A DNA stretch of 64,000 nucleotides from contig CDMY01000840.1 in NCBI GenBank assembly GCA_001179505.1, positions 187,191-251,190 on the forward strand. The letters are read 5' to 3'. This stretch comes from Vitrella brassicaformis CCMP3155. Lineage: Eukaryota > Protista > Chromerida. The notes beneath the pieces are model-generated. The model ran no database searches. It was not told where the DNA came from and worked only from the letters and a program-made list of their open reading frames with translations. Position numbers and translations under genes: made by a program. Position 1 is the first letter of the stretch; each line of letters opens with the position of its first letter. Below are positions 48,718 to 61,548 of this stretch, piece after piece.

Positions 48718-51423
48718 ATGCAGCCACAAACGTCGCCGCGTGTGTACGAGTGCAGCCAGCCCACTCAGGTACGCCTGTGTGCGCGCAGCGACGACATGGT
48801 GTGTGTTGTCTGTGGTTTGTTGTGGTCAGCAATACGAGATCCCAGATGTGCCCGAGGAGGAGCCGCCTGCAAATCCTATGCTCTCCGCCCACGATGTGGT
48901 GGCGAAACTGGTACGCACAGATCAGACAGATCATACTTATCAAACGCCCACCCAGACTGGTCCTTCTGCTGTGTGGTGTCAGGAGAAGCTTGACCTCAAC
49001 GATAGCTACGGCGCGTACGAGTGGCGTTCGAGCGTGCTTCACGAGGACCAGTCCGACGAGGCGGCCATCGCCATCGGACGGGCGGCGCAGTGCGACCTCC
49101 GCATCAGCGACAACCGCGTGTCGGGTACGCCAATAGGGGAGAGCAGTCACTGCTTGCACAACCGCAGTAGTGGATGGATGGATGTGTGTGTGTGTGGTTT
49201 GGTTTGGTTTGGTTTGGTTGGTGCCAGGTTGCCATGTGAGGATTCGGTGGAATAGGGGCCTGCGGCAGTTCCACATATGCGACTCCTCGTCCAACGGCAC
49301 ATGTGTGTGACGTGATGCGAGGAGGACTCTGCACCTGCACCCCACTCCCCTCACTCCACTCTGTATACTGACTGATTGGTCGGTCAGGGGTGGACAATGG
49401 TCGGCAGTGTGAGTCTGGCGAGAGGTTTGTGAGGCTCCCGAAGGGCCAGTGGATGCCGCTCAAACACAACCAGTGCATCAGCCTCGTGGTAGGTGCTGGC
49501 TTGCCATGCCGTCAATACACACATCCGTATGTTGTGGCGTGGTGTGATTTGGTGTGATTTGGTGTGGTGTCTGTGCAGGTGCCCTTCCCTGAGTACGACC
49601 GGGGCGTCTGGGATGCCGGTACACACACACACAGACACGCACACACGCGCATTCACTTACGCGAAGCCTCTGTGGTGGATGGATGGGTGCATTGGTGCTC
49701 GTGTGATGTGGTGCTGTGGTGGCTGGTGTAGAGTGCAAGATTCTGGAGGCAAAGAAGAAGGAGGACAAGAGCATCAACAGGCGCGCCACTCCCTGTAAGC
49801 TCACCGGCCAGACAGACACACAGGCAGGCAGGCAGTCAGGCAGACAGGCAGCCGCGTATGTATGTGTGTGTGTGTGTGTGTGCCAATGTATACCACCCCA
49901 TCAGTCATCGGCGCGTGGCAGTTTGTGCTCAAGGAGCAGTTGCAGGCCTACAGCTCCGCCATGGGGGTAACTCACTCACCGAGGCCACGCCACACACCCA
50001 CACCCACACCCACACCCACAGCCCAGTGTGTCTATGCGCGGTGCGGATACACTCAGGACAAGATCAATGACAAGTACGACAAGAAGTGTCCCATCGGCAG
50101 CGGCAACTTCTCGCAGGTCTACCTCGCATTCAGAAAGAAAGATGGACTCAAGTACGCCCGCCACCTCTCACCTAACACACCCACACCGCACCCCCACACA
50201 CACAGACACCCACCCATGGTCTACCCGCCGCTTGTCTTGTGTGCAGGGTTGCCATCAAGGCCATCGACACGAAGCGCTTCGAAAAGTTCAGAGCCAAGAA
50301 GAAATCCAACCTCGACATAGAATCGGAAGTGCTGGTAAGGCAGGCCCGGCCCACAAACGTACACTTCCTCACACCACACGGCTCCCTCCATCCACCACCC
50401 ATTGAATGTCTAATGCATCCATCAGACGCTGTCGAGTCTGAAGCACGAGAACATTCTCAAGTTCATCGAGTGTGTGCGCGAGGAGGACATTATCTACCTC
50501 GTCACGGAAATGTGCGTGCACACACGCATGCAGCCAGACAGGCAGACAGCCAGCGCACATACGTGACGCCTTGGTCTCGTGTGTCGTTTTGCTTTTGTGC
50601 TTGGCAGTCTTGACGGCGGCGACTTGTTGGAGTATTGCCTAGCCCATGAGCGTGTCGAGGTAAGAGACAGACAGGGAGGGAGGGAGGGAGGGAGGGAAGG
50701 AGGGAAAGGCGAGCGGCCGGCCAATCAACCACGCCTCTCTCTCGCTGTGTGTGTGTGTGTGTGTGTGTGTGCAGGAGGAGCTGGCCAAGTTGTGGTTCAA
50801 AGGCATCGCAGAGGGGGTCAAGTACCTCCACACCAAGGGCATCGTCCACAGAGACCTCAAGGTCACCTCACCTCACCCACAGCACAGCACCGCACAGGAC
50901 AGCAAGGACCACAGGACAGCAAGGACCGCTCTCTCTTCAATCTGGCTGTCGTATGCATGTGTGTGTGTGTCAGCCCGAGAACATTTTGTTGACGGACAAG
51001 ACCATCTTTGGCGTTCCCAAGATTGCCGACTTCGGCCTGGCCACGTAAGCAACCCACGCCACCGAACCTAACCCAGAGGCGCACTGCACAGGAGGGGTGT
51101 GTGGTGTGTGTGTGCGTGCGGGTCAGGGTGAGGCAAGCCGAGTCGTCCTTGAAGACCCTCTGCGGCACGCCGCACTACTATGGTACGTGTGTGGGGTGTG
51201 TGGGGGGTGTGGGGTGTGTGCGTATGTGTAGGTTTGTGTGTGTCACCTCCTGTCTGTCTGATGCGATGCGACGCAGCCCCTGAGCTGATTGACACGCAGA
51301 AGAAGAGGGTGGACGGCTACGGTCCTGAGGTGGACATTTGGTCGCTGGGGTGCATCCTCTACATCATGTATGTGTGTCAGCACCGTCACTAGCACACACA
51401 GAGAGAGAGCCAGCTGTATCCCC

Positions 51424-51458
<35 letters not shown>

Positions 51459-52145
51459 TGTGTGTGCCAGGTTGTCGGGCAATCCTCCTTTTGAGGACGA
51501 TGGCCTCTACTGGCAGATCCAGAATGCCATATACACCGTCGACGGTGGTGTATGGGATCACATCTCAGAAGAAGGTCCGTTCGGGGTTTTGTTTTGTGGG
51601 TGGTGGGTGGCTGGGGAGAGGGCGACACTCACACACTGTGGGCCTCTGTCTGTCTGTGTGCAGGCAAGGACCTGGTGACCAAGATGATGTGCGTCGACCC
51701 CAAGCAGCGCATCACCATCGACGCCATCCTCTCGCACCCCTGGGTCCTCTCAGCCACCGACGCCATGAACCACCTCCTCAACCTGCGCCCACCACACACA
51801 CACCCCTCCTACACCCGCCCCAACGACTATGACCCCTTCCCCTCCCCCCGACCACCACAGCTTCAGCCCCCCGCCAAGCGTCCCGCCCCCGCACCACCAA
51901 ACAATGACATGCCGCCCCCTCCAGTGCCCTTCGCACTACGAGCAGCGGCAGCAGCAGATGGCGGCCGGACCGACAACACGGAGCGGGACGTGTCGACGGC
52001 CGAGTCGTCGGGCAATGCCGGCAGGGCCAAGCGCCGCAAACAGGGGGAGAGTGAGGGCGCGTCATCGGCGGCGGCTGCCGCTGCTGCTGCTGCTGGGGGT
52101 GGTGGTGGTGGTGGGGAGGGAGAGGGGCCAAACGAGAAGGCGTGA
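48718..52145 (+). CDS. Chk2/Cds1/Rad53-like checkpoint kinase (SQ/TQ - FHA - CAMK-type kinase)
   Basis: N-terminal SQPTQ|Q; FHA IGRAAQCDLRISDNRVS|GCHVRI...DSSSNGT|WVD; kinase IGSGNFSQV, VAIK, HRDLK|PENILL, KIADFGLA, KTLCGTPHYY|APE, DIWSLGCILYIM|LSGNPPF. About 17 exons. Confidence 0.88.
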
Positions 52146-53029
52146 AGAGGGCTCTGTGTGTGGAGTGGGTGACGAGACAAGGCGCCGGTGGGTGTATGTA
52201 TGGTTCATGGGAGAGTTTTGTATGTCTGCCTGTCTGCCTGCCTGCCTGCCTGCCTGGATCGATGCATTTGTGAGTGGTGTGACTGCCGCGAGTGAGTGCC
52301 CTTTTTTTATATGCATACGCGTATCGATCTGCCATATCAGACAGACTGAGGGAGGAGGCAATGCTGTCGGGTTTTTCACACATCAGTATGGAGGGGAGGA
52401 GAGCCTCTGTGTGTATGGGATGGGAGGGAGGGATGGGTGTGTGTGCTGTTTATAGCGAGAGAGGGAGGGGATAGCGCTCTGGCCTGTGAGAGGGCCGTGG
52501 ACACACAAACAGACGGACAGACTTGAGACGAACGCATCAGTCCTGAGCACCATCCAATTGCACACGTGGCCTTATGGTCTGGTCAAAACGTTCTCGAAGG
52601 ACGGCCCGTTATTCGGCAGTGTCGCAGCAGTCGCATACACCATGACTCATGTAGCGAGGGAATCACATACACACAGGCAGCGTCCTCACCGACGACTCGA
52701 CACAAGCCCGCACACACGCACTGAGGCCAAACCGTCGGCAGGCAGACTGGACAACGATACAGACCGTTTCCGATAGTCACCCCACAACCAAACACGTACG
52801 TACTCTGCACAACCAAGGGTTGGACGCACACACATCGAACAAGTGTCACGCACGCCGGCCCCCACGACCGTCGTCAGCAGCACACTCGCACACACACGAC
52901 GCAGCGAGGCAGAGAGGCAGGCAGAGAGAAAGAAACATTCGATAGAAATATGCCCCTCACCCCCCCGAACCCCCTCCCGGCCCCTCATTCCCACATTCCC
53001 ACTCAGGTGCGTTTGTTGTACTGTCTGTC

Positions 53030-54793
53030 TTATCCCTTGCGGCGGCGGCGGTCCCTCATGAGGTCTTTCATTTTTGATCTGATCTGGGTGGCCTGGTTGC
53101 GGGCATAGTCCTGTATGGTCTTGTCCTTCTTGTCTGTGCTGGTGTTGGGGTCCTCCTGCCATTTCTTGCACGCAGCCTCGAGCTCCTGCAGGGCGCGCGG
53201 CGCCGCTGGCTGCACCCAAATCTCGTCGATGATCTCCTGGCCAGACTTCCCCTTCTGCAGGGAGGCAGGCCAGGGAGGAGACACACCAACACCACATCAC
53301 AGCACATCACAGCACATTTGGGTGGATGAGTGCACACGCAGGGCTTACGTTGAATTTGCGTCTGATCTCTTCGCCGGCCTCCTCGTATCTCTCCTCGGCG
53401 ATGAGCTCCATGATAGGCAACATGGCGGCCTGCTCCGATGGCGTCCGCAGTTCCATCCAATCCACCACACGGTCCTGCACGCAGTCACGCACACACGTGA
53501 GACGGACCGGCTGGCTATTCATCTCTCAGCTGTGCGTTACCACTACTGAGGGCCTTGTGCCTGTCCTCTGCAGCGCCATCCTGCTGCGGCGCAGCAGGCG
53601 ACCCACCATCAGGCACCTCCACGCTGTCATCCACCTGCAAATGCCAATCTTGTGTGAGCAACTGGTGTGACGAATGCGTCAGCAGGCTGACCATGCTATC
53701 CGTGCGTCCGGCCTCGTGCTCCTCGCCGCCGTCGTCCTCCTCTTCGCCAACACCCAACACCTGCGCCCACACACAGACACACAGGGCGTGTGAGAGTGGC
53801 TTGGGAGGGGCATCCATCTCTCGCTCGCCCACCCCCCCGCCCCCCAACAGACCCACCTCCTTCTCTGCTATGCGGTCCTGCAGGGCCTTCTGCACCGAGG
53901 CTGACAACTCGTGGTTCGACACCTGATGGCATGCATACCATGGATGGATGGACACAGAAGGACACAAACCGACAATGGAGGGCACGGCTCATGTGTGTCT
54001 TCATTGACTAATGGCCCACTCACCGGGCTGATGTCCTGCGGCTCGATGTCGGCCTGCGCGTAGACGTCACGACGGGACTGATAAAGACGTCAATGATTGA
54101 TCCATCATCGCGTGTCTGTGTGCGTCTGTGTATGTATGTGTGCATCTAGTCACTTTTTTGTTGCATTCGGCTTCCTCCTTCTGCTCTATGGCCCGTTTGC
54201 TCCCAACACCATTGACACCAACACTGCCACCGGCAACACCTGCAACATACTCACACACACAGCCACACACACGCATAGAGAGAGAGATGGGTGGCTGCCG
54301 TCCAGGGAGCACAGAATATGTACCGTTGAGGGAGAGATGGTGACTTTGGTGTGATGCACCTTGTCCCAGCGGTCGTGGACGGTGGTGAGGTGCCCCTCCA
54401 TGATGGTGGCCGTGCGATGCTGGCCGATCTCGCCATACGCCCTCTCCCATCGGTCCTCTTCACTGGGATCGTGCACCAGGAGCTTGTACTCGATCTGGCC
54501 GCTATCGGGGACCGGCTGGATGGCGATGGGCTCGCTACTCCAAATGGGCACTGTGGCGGCACACGTGGTGAGCGGCAGGGCCTTCGCGGCGTTGAAATCC
54601 GGCCCGCCCAAGTTGTCATAGTTACCGCACACGCGCACCTCCTGCCCCCAGCCGCATATGTCGGTGGGCACCTCGGCGACGAACCGCACAGCTGCGCCGT
54701 GCCCACCAACAGACTGCAAACAACAAAGGAGAGAAAGAAAGAAGGATGGATGCACCCGTTTCGTCGCGCGAATTCTTGCGGCCTCACCTCCAT
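53030..54793 (-). CDS. CBM20 (starch-binding) domain protein with an unknown helical C-terminal region
   Basis: VRFVAEVPT...GQEVRVCGNYDNLG...ALPL...PIW...IEYKLLV...RWE matches the CBM20 pattern. Later exons DRVVDWMELRTP...RRKFN|KGKSGQEIIDEIW...RDRRRRKG* have no recognisable family. Confidence 0.7.
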
Positions 54794-55600
54794 CTGCGAT
54801 GCCCGCCGACTACTGCTAATCTGCACTGCAATGCATCACCTCTTTTCTTCTGGAAGGAAAGCTCCAAATCACGGTTTTCCGGTTCCCTAGCCGCGGGCAA
54901 ATTCGTGACGAGATTTTCTCGATGGGGGCGACTAACCGCCATCGATGATGGATTCCTTCAGTTTTTCCGCCCTCGCCCCCATTCCCACTACCCCCGCCCA
55001 CATCTCCTCCGACTCTTCGTCTTTAGGGCTCGCCCTCGTCTGGCGTGGCTCGCCTCAGCCCCTCCCACGCCTCCCAACTCGACGCGTCGTCCGCCGCTGT
55101 TTCTCCCAACCCGCCCTCTGTGGGACAACTGGCGTCTGCCTGTCAGCCAACTGTCAGCCGCTGAGCTCACGAGGCTCTTCGTCATTACAAGAATCCTCTA
55201 TCATGATATGACGTCTTGTGTCATTTGTGGCTTGTGTCAGCCGGCGCGATCGATCGAGGCATTCCGTATACGAGTGCATCGTCTCGTGACGCCCATTTGA
55301 TGGCCCGCCACAGCGTGGCGCCGCCCTTGTGCCGTGCGGCTCGTGCGAGAAGAATTTGTGGTCTATCTTGTCAACGCCCGTCTCCTTTCCCGACAGAGTC
55401 CTCAATCAGCCAAGCTGGTAAGAGGGTAAGTGATTTTAATCAGCCGGGCTTCACAGTTCCGTCAGCTGTCAACTTGTGGTGTGATGTGTGTGGGGTGTGT
55501 GAGATGGTCCATTTGGCTGCCTTTGTTGTGTTTGTGTGTAGATGACATTCCCTTGTATTCTCCTCTGCTGTTTGGTGCGTTCGACTAAAGCACTCAGTAC

Positions 55601-58400
55601 ATGATGGCCTACCACTTCAGCCACCACACCGCTGGTGAGAAACGATGGCAGTGCAATGCAAACGCCCACGTGTCCTCATGTGCCTCTGCGCAACTCAACA
55701 GGGGAGGTGACGTCCTCCCTCTCGTGGGTGTCAAGCCGGGTATCGAGAAGGAGGACGAGAGGACGACGAAGAAGTGGCAACAGCCGGGTGAGGCGCTGCA
55801 GAGGGCGGCACTCTTTTGCTCCCTTGGCCGCGCAAGACAACAGTCAGCACGAATGGCTGCGTCATGTGTAAGCTGATCAGCTTTTGCGCGTGTCTCAGGG
55901 CTGTATGTGCAGATCTCCGTCGATCGGCAGGAATCAGCCAGACGAGTCGGCCGATCGCCAGAGGCCGAAGATAGTCGCCACTGTGGGTGTCGTCCACCCC
56001 GCTCTGGCAGGAGGCGGACCTCGTCATGCCCTTAATCCCCTCCACTCGCCCGCCCCAGCACCAGGAGACAGCAGCCGGCTGTTCGTGCCAGTGTCCTACT
56101 GGGGGGAAGGGGAGGATGGCATCTACGCCAGCTCCCTGACCCAGTGGGACCTGGCCCATTGGGAGCGGAAGGGGGCGTGGTGGCTGGTGGCATGGGAGGC
56201 GCCAGAGGCCTCCTGCTGCTGCGTCGAGCTGGGAAGGTCCATGGTGCGGGGGATGCGGAAAGCGAAGGCGTGCGTCGAGGCGGCGGCTGAAGATGTCGGC
56301 CGCCGCCTCAAGTCCCTGCTCCATTGAGGGGCGGTCGGCCGTCTCGGGCGCTGTCAGCTGACGGCGTCTGAGATGGTCGGCTGGCCGCACTTCTTTTTCT
56401 TTTTCAACCCCGCCCCCCCCATCGCCGGCCCCCTTCCTTCCAAGTACCGGCAGCAGAAGTTCCTCCGCACACTCGCACACAAGCAGCAGAAGACTTAGGC
56501 GGCGCAGCAGCAGGCGGCCGCCGCCGCGGCCGAGAGCAAGAAGGACGTGTTTGAGGCGGAGGATGAGGGAGAGGGAGAGGAGATGGCGCTGGCGGCAGCA
56601 AGTGTTGGTGGAAGGGGTGGTCCACCGAGTCACCCCAGTGGTCGAGTACCGAAGCCAACTCTCACAAGAAGGTACGTCAGTCACCTGGACACCCCCACAC
56701 TCTCGACAACACTTGACATCGCTAAACGTTCCGTCGTCCCCTTCAGAGTTGTCTGAGTGGTTGCCCTCTGTGTCGCCCCTCTCGCCCCGCACACGCGCCA
56801 CCGTCGGCGAGAAGGCCGGGGACATCACCGGCCGCATCACCGCCGACCTGCGCGGCCCCAGCAGGAGTGATGAGTGCGGCTTCGTCGTGCTCAAGCAGGC
56901 CCTGCAGGCCTTCAGGCCCATGGAGACGGTCGGCATCGGCCGCACCCTGGACGGCAATCGGATCGAGGTGGCGGGGGTGAGGGTGGGCGCCATGCTCGAG
57001 AGACGCACTTCACGAGCCGTGGAAGGCAATGCAGGAGGCACTCACTCATCGCATAAGGTGGATGGGAGAGAGAGCGAACCCCCACCTCAACCATGACGGT
57101 CATCTGTTTGTTGATGTGGTGCCATCTTGTGTGTCTGCAGCAGCGAGGGCTCTTAAGGAGCCTGTGCCGATGCAGATAGACCAGCGTGGCCCGCAAGTCA
57201 CCACCCAAGCCCCGCAGGCGCCGCATAGAGCGGCATAAGGACGACGCCCGCCGCTTGCCAGCTTGATTCCTGGACGACGAAGCAGAGGGCAAAAGTCGCC
57301 GGCGATCCTCTCGACCAAAGCGACCCCGCAAAGGTGTGAAAGCGGTGTCACTGGAGGGAGGTGTATCGATTCGATGGCTGCACCATCTCTGTGTGTGTCT
57401 TGGGCTGGGTATTGCTGTGTCAGATCCCTCCACGTCACGTGTGATGATAAGGACGCAAAGGAGCAGGAGGGCGAGGGCAGTGGGGGTGAGGGGATGCAAT
57501 GCAGCTGCGGTCGCGGGAGGGAGAAGAAGCGGTTAAGTGTGCCGGAGATGCTCCACCAACCAGCTGCCCGCACCAAGTGAGAGGACACACACCGATATCC
57601 ATACCCATCCGCGCAGCGCATTCGTCAAGACGTCAGTCAACCTCTCTGCATGTGTGTCACAGGCAAAACAAGAGCCGCCCCTCTCGCAAGCCCGCTCCAC
57701 CACAGTCCTGAGCTGCCGTCGGTCGGTCCCCCAACAGATATGTCGCACCCCCGCCGCATACCGGAGGCCAATGCCTATATTCAGCAGCATCTGCATCCCT
57801 TCAGCACTGCTGCCTGACTTCGGCCCCAGCCTCTGCCCTCACGACCAAATAGCGTACCCTGCTAAGCACCAGCAGCAGGCGGCACGGCCACACGCATGGC
57901 CGATAGGGCCCTTCAGGCCACTTAATGGTGGCGATGCGAGTGGGCGGCCGGCACGGCCCAATCCGAAGATGGAGAGGAACGTGTCGCTGTTTGTGGAGGC
58001 CCGCAGGCAAAGCGCCCTCAGCTCCAGCCTCATAGCAATATCAGCACCCCCGGCCGACAGGCCCTTGGCGCTGCCCAAGTCGCCATCAGGTGCGACGGGG
58101 TCCGATGGCGCAGTGCAGCACTCCCGCCGTGCCGTCAGGCTTCCCCCCGCCCTCCACGGTTTGCCTCGATCCACCCCGCTTAACCAGACAGGACATTGCC
58201 CAGCGGCAGTCGCGGCACTGTGCAGCTCAGCAAGGACCTCGAGGACGTGCCCGCCAAGATCCTCTCGCCACAGAATCACGGCGGCGGGTGGGACGAGCTC
58301 ACGACCATCGAGGACCCAGCGGCACGTGTGTCGGCGGCGACGTGGTTGGTGTAGCTGTGCGAGATCAGTCGAGTCAACCGGCTGCTGGCCGATCTCGACA
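55601..58400 (+). pseudogene. Decayed multi-exon gene of unknown family
   Basis: One coding-like frame (55884-56670) is interrupted by in-frame TGA (56325) and TAG (56496, in KQQKT*AAQQQ). There is an apparent frameshift near 56600 and further stops in downstream exon-like blocks, while intron-like GT..AG segments remain. Confidence 0.55.
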
Positions 58401-60234
58401 CATCGGTAGGACCTCTACACCCTGCCGTGAGTCATAGCACACACACAGCACAGCACAGCACAGCATAGCAGACATGCATGTCTGCTATGACGGGCTTCTT
58501 TTTCTCTGTGTTTATAATGTCTCCTTCATTTCCGTGCCGGTGTGTGTCTGCAGGTGTCTTTCATCCGTGCCTACATTTTACATCCGGACGACTCTTTTGC
58601 TCCCTTCATCAGTATGGCTGCGTCATGTGTAAGCGCTCACTAACGCGTCGAGTGTGATCACCCGTCAAGTCGACTTACTTTCTGCTTGAGGGCCTGCTTG
58701 AGTCAATTGTCTGCCAGAGAGCCTGTTGGATGACCAGGCAGCCAAGCAGTCAGCGTGGCGGCCTTACTAATGGGAGGACAGCCCCAGCCCAGTCCAGTCC
58801 AGCCGGAGGGAGAGAGGCAGACAGCGCACCGCACCTTCTTCGTCTCTTTCTCGTCACCAGGTCTGCATGTGAGTGAGGCGGTCTGCTTGCCTGCAGGGCC
58901 TGCAGGTTACCCCCCGTTTTAGGGCAGTCGGTCGGTGTCTGTTGTCCTGATGATGATATCTGGTTGGCAGTTCGTGTGTGTGGAACTGTGCCGGCCGGTC
59001 ACACATCACATCGCTGCTTACATTTTATATCCGTGAGAGTGTTTGGTTCCCTCCCAGTGGCGTGGACTGCCGTGACCGATCGCGACTCAGATGAGATCGC
59101 CAGTGAGATCGACTTTTCCTTTGATGAACGCACACATGCCCACCAGGACGGTCAGGGTTGCGGAGATGACGCCTGCGCTTCCGGTGCTGAAACATCCCAA
59201 GTCTGCGGGCTTAGCCGGAGACGGCCAGCTTCGTTGTAAATGCTGCCACTGCCATCCAACGACAGAACCGCCCAAAGCACACAGACATGCACACAGCGAG
59301 TGCGTCCGCCACGGCCACGCATAAGTGCATCCAAAACACACAGATACATCCGTGCTCAGTTGCACACACATGACATCCCTGCAGCCATTAACACCCACGC
59401 ACCCACACACTAGGCAACCTAAGGCAAGTACCCACACAGATACAAACGCCTGTTTGCCGAGGAAGGAGCGCTGCCAAGGGGTGATGGTGGGTGAGTAGTG
59501 AAGAGAGGCTCAGTCGTCAATCCACTTAAGCTTGTCCACGTGTGATGGCCGCTGCGGCGGAGTCTATCAAAGTGAACCAGGACAGTCGTCCGTGAAGTCG
59601 ATGTGCGTGCGGCGCCACCATGCTGCACTCCGACTGTACCAAAATCAGTCGGCAAGTGCGCTTGCGGCGCACACATCTGCGGTGCGGCAAGGGCAGTGAG
59701 GGCTTACGTCTACCAGCCAGTGTGAATAAATGGCTATACATATGTGTGTGCGGCGCAATTGATGCAACAGACACACCAAATGAATACAGCAAGTAGCTGG
59801 CTACAGGTAGGTGTAGTGGTGTCGGTGCGCCAGTCGGACATGTACACACCGACACGCCACTAGCACTGATCACGCAATAATCATCTGAATCAAGTTACTA
59901 TGCCATGGGCAACCCCACGCAGCTTTGCTCATCCCTCGTGTGCCATATCTCATCGATGAGTGCTCTCACCTGAGTGCTCCGCCACGGTGACCGCTCTCGC
60001 CGACCTGCACACACACACACACACACACACACGCCGACAGACAGAGAGACAGACTGACAGACTGACAGACACAGACGAACGCAACGAGCTCTACTGCATC
60101 AGGAGATGCACACATAGCAGCAAGATGATGGATGGATGGATGGGTGCGATCAAGTTCAGCAAATCAGCAGCAGCATGGGGTGGGCTCGTCTTGTGTCCAG
60201 CAGGGGCACAAGAGAAACCCCGCGTGCATACACT

Positions 60235-61095
60235 CGCGGTGCGCAGGGTGGTGCGTGGAGACTGCCTGCCTGGGTGCGATGGCTGCCTGTGCTGTCCGGG
60301 AGCTAGTGAGTACAGCCTTGCACACACACACACATGCACGCATACACGATGGCCATCGAGCGATGCTGCAGCAGGGGGTGAGGGGGGCTTCTCCCTCCTG
60401 TGTGTGGCAGAAGCAGCCAGACGCGGAGGGCATGCGCTGCCGGAGGGGCAAAACACCTGCCTGCCATTCCGCATTGAGCCGGGTTGTCTGTAGAACGAGT
60501 ATGATGCCTGCGTGGCTGCCTGCCTGCCTGATAGGGAGTAGTGCTCCTTGCACACACACACACCAGAACACACGAGCAGCCCCTGCACTGCATGAGAAGT
60601 CGGGCATGAGTGCATACAAACACACAGCTAATGGGGTCAGTGATGATATGCTGGTGTCGGCAAAACCCGCAACAGCACCGACGGGATGGACGGCAAAGTG
60701 ACTGCGGACAGTGCGGACAGCGCGCTGTCAGCGGCAGCTATGAAAAATGAGGGACCACACAAACACACACACACACACACACATGAGGCGGCCAAGGACA
60801 CATACAGAGAGCCAAGTTGTCACGCCAATACTCAAATGGCTGCCGTGCCGCCGACATACTGTACGGTCGGGATGGGAAAAGGAGAGCGATGCCGAGTACG
60901 GACGGCTGGTGTCGGCAAAACCCGCAACAAACAGCACCGATGGACGGCAAAGTGAGCCGGATGCGGAGGAAGTGCACTCCCGTAAGGGCAAAACACCTGC
61001 GTGCCAACGCGCCCGGTGTGTGGAGCGAGTGTGATGCCTGCGTGGTTGCCTGGCTGCCTGCCTGGGAGGTAGTAAGTGATCCTTACACACACACA
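60235..61095. repeat. Degenerate local duplications (modules of about 50 and 140 bp)
   Basis: GCTGGTGTCGGCAAAACCCGCAACA..CAGCACCGA..GGACGGCAAAGTGA at 60650 and 60905. GGGCAAAACACCTGC..TGATGCCTGCGTGG..CCTT(G/A)CACACAC at about 60416-60560 and 60956-61095, with a weaker tail copy at about 60235-60330. Confidence 0.75.
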
Positions 61096-61436
61096 CGCGG
61101 ACACGCACATTGACGTACGTACCATCACGAGACAGTCAGTCAGTGAGTGAGTGGGTGGGATCAGATGACTGTCACTAGTGCATATGCATGGCCGGCATGT
61201 AACCAGCCAGACAGTCAGTCAGTCAGTCAGTCGTGTCCGTGCCAAGTAAGTAAGTGTATGTGTATGTGTGTGTGTGTCTCTCTGAAGATGAAAGCATCTG
61301 GCTGGTCCAAAGCACACAACAAACAAACGGCTGTTCTCCTCTCTCGGTGGACGGGACGCCTGGCTGAGCAGGTCACGTCAGGTCAGCTCAGGTCAGGTCA
61401 GAAAAAGAAAGACAGACGGGAAAATTGCATGAGAAG

Positions 61437-61548
61437 TCATTCACAAAGAAGTCGCGCAACCAGAAAGTGCCCAGCAGAAAATGCCAATATGACATGAAAA
61501 TCATTCACAAATCAGTCAGTCACGCAACCAGAAAGTACCCACCAGAAA
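61437..61548 (+). repeat. Imperfect tandem duplication, 64-bp period
   Basis: TCATTCACAAA...GTC(G/A)CGCAACCAGAAAGT(G/A)CCCA(G/C)CAGAAA at 61437 and 61501. Confidence 0.75.

Noticed and set aside
48697-48764. Overlapping start codons (CATG at 48717-48720) for the Chk2-like gene and the opposite-strand gene
   Set aside because: The minus-strand gene more plausibly starts at 48496; the upstream minus ORF has no convincing splice link.
55884-56680. Stop-codon reassignment or selenocysteine explaining the in-frame TGA/TAG
   Set aside because: TGA, TAG and TAA all terminate intact genes elsewhere in the window, there are two different stops plus a frameshift, and no SECIS was seen.
58600-60200. 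Possible exons on either strand (e.g. 59087-59437)
   Set aside because: Every frame has nearby stops and I could not link them consistently to the neighbouring genes.
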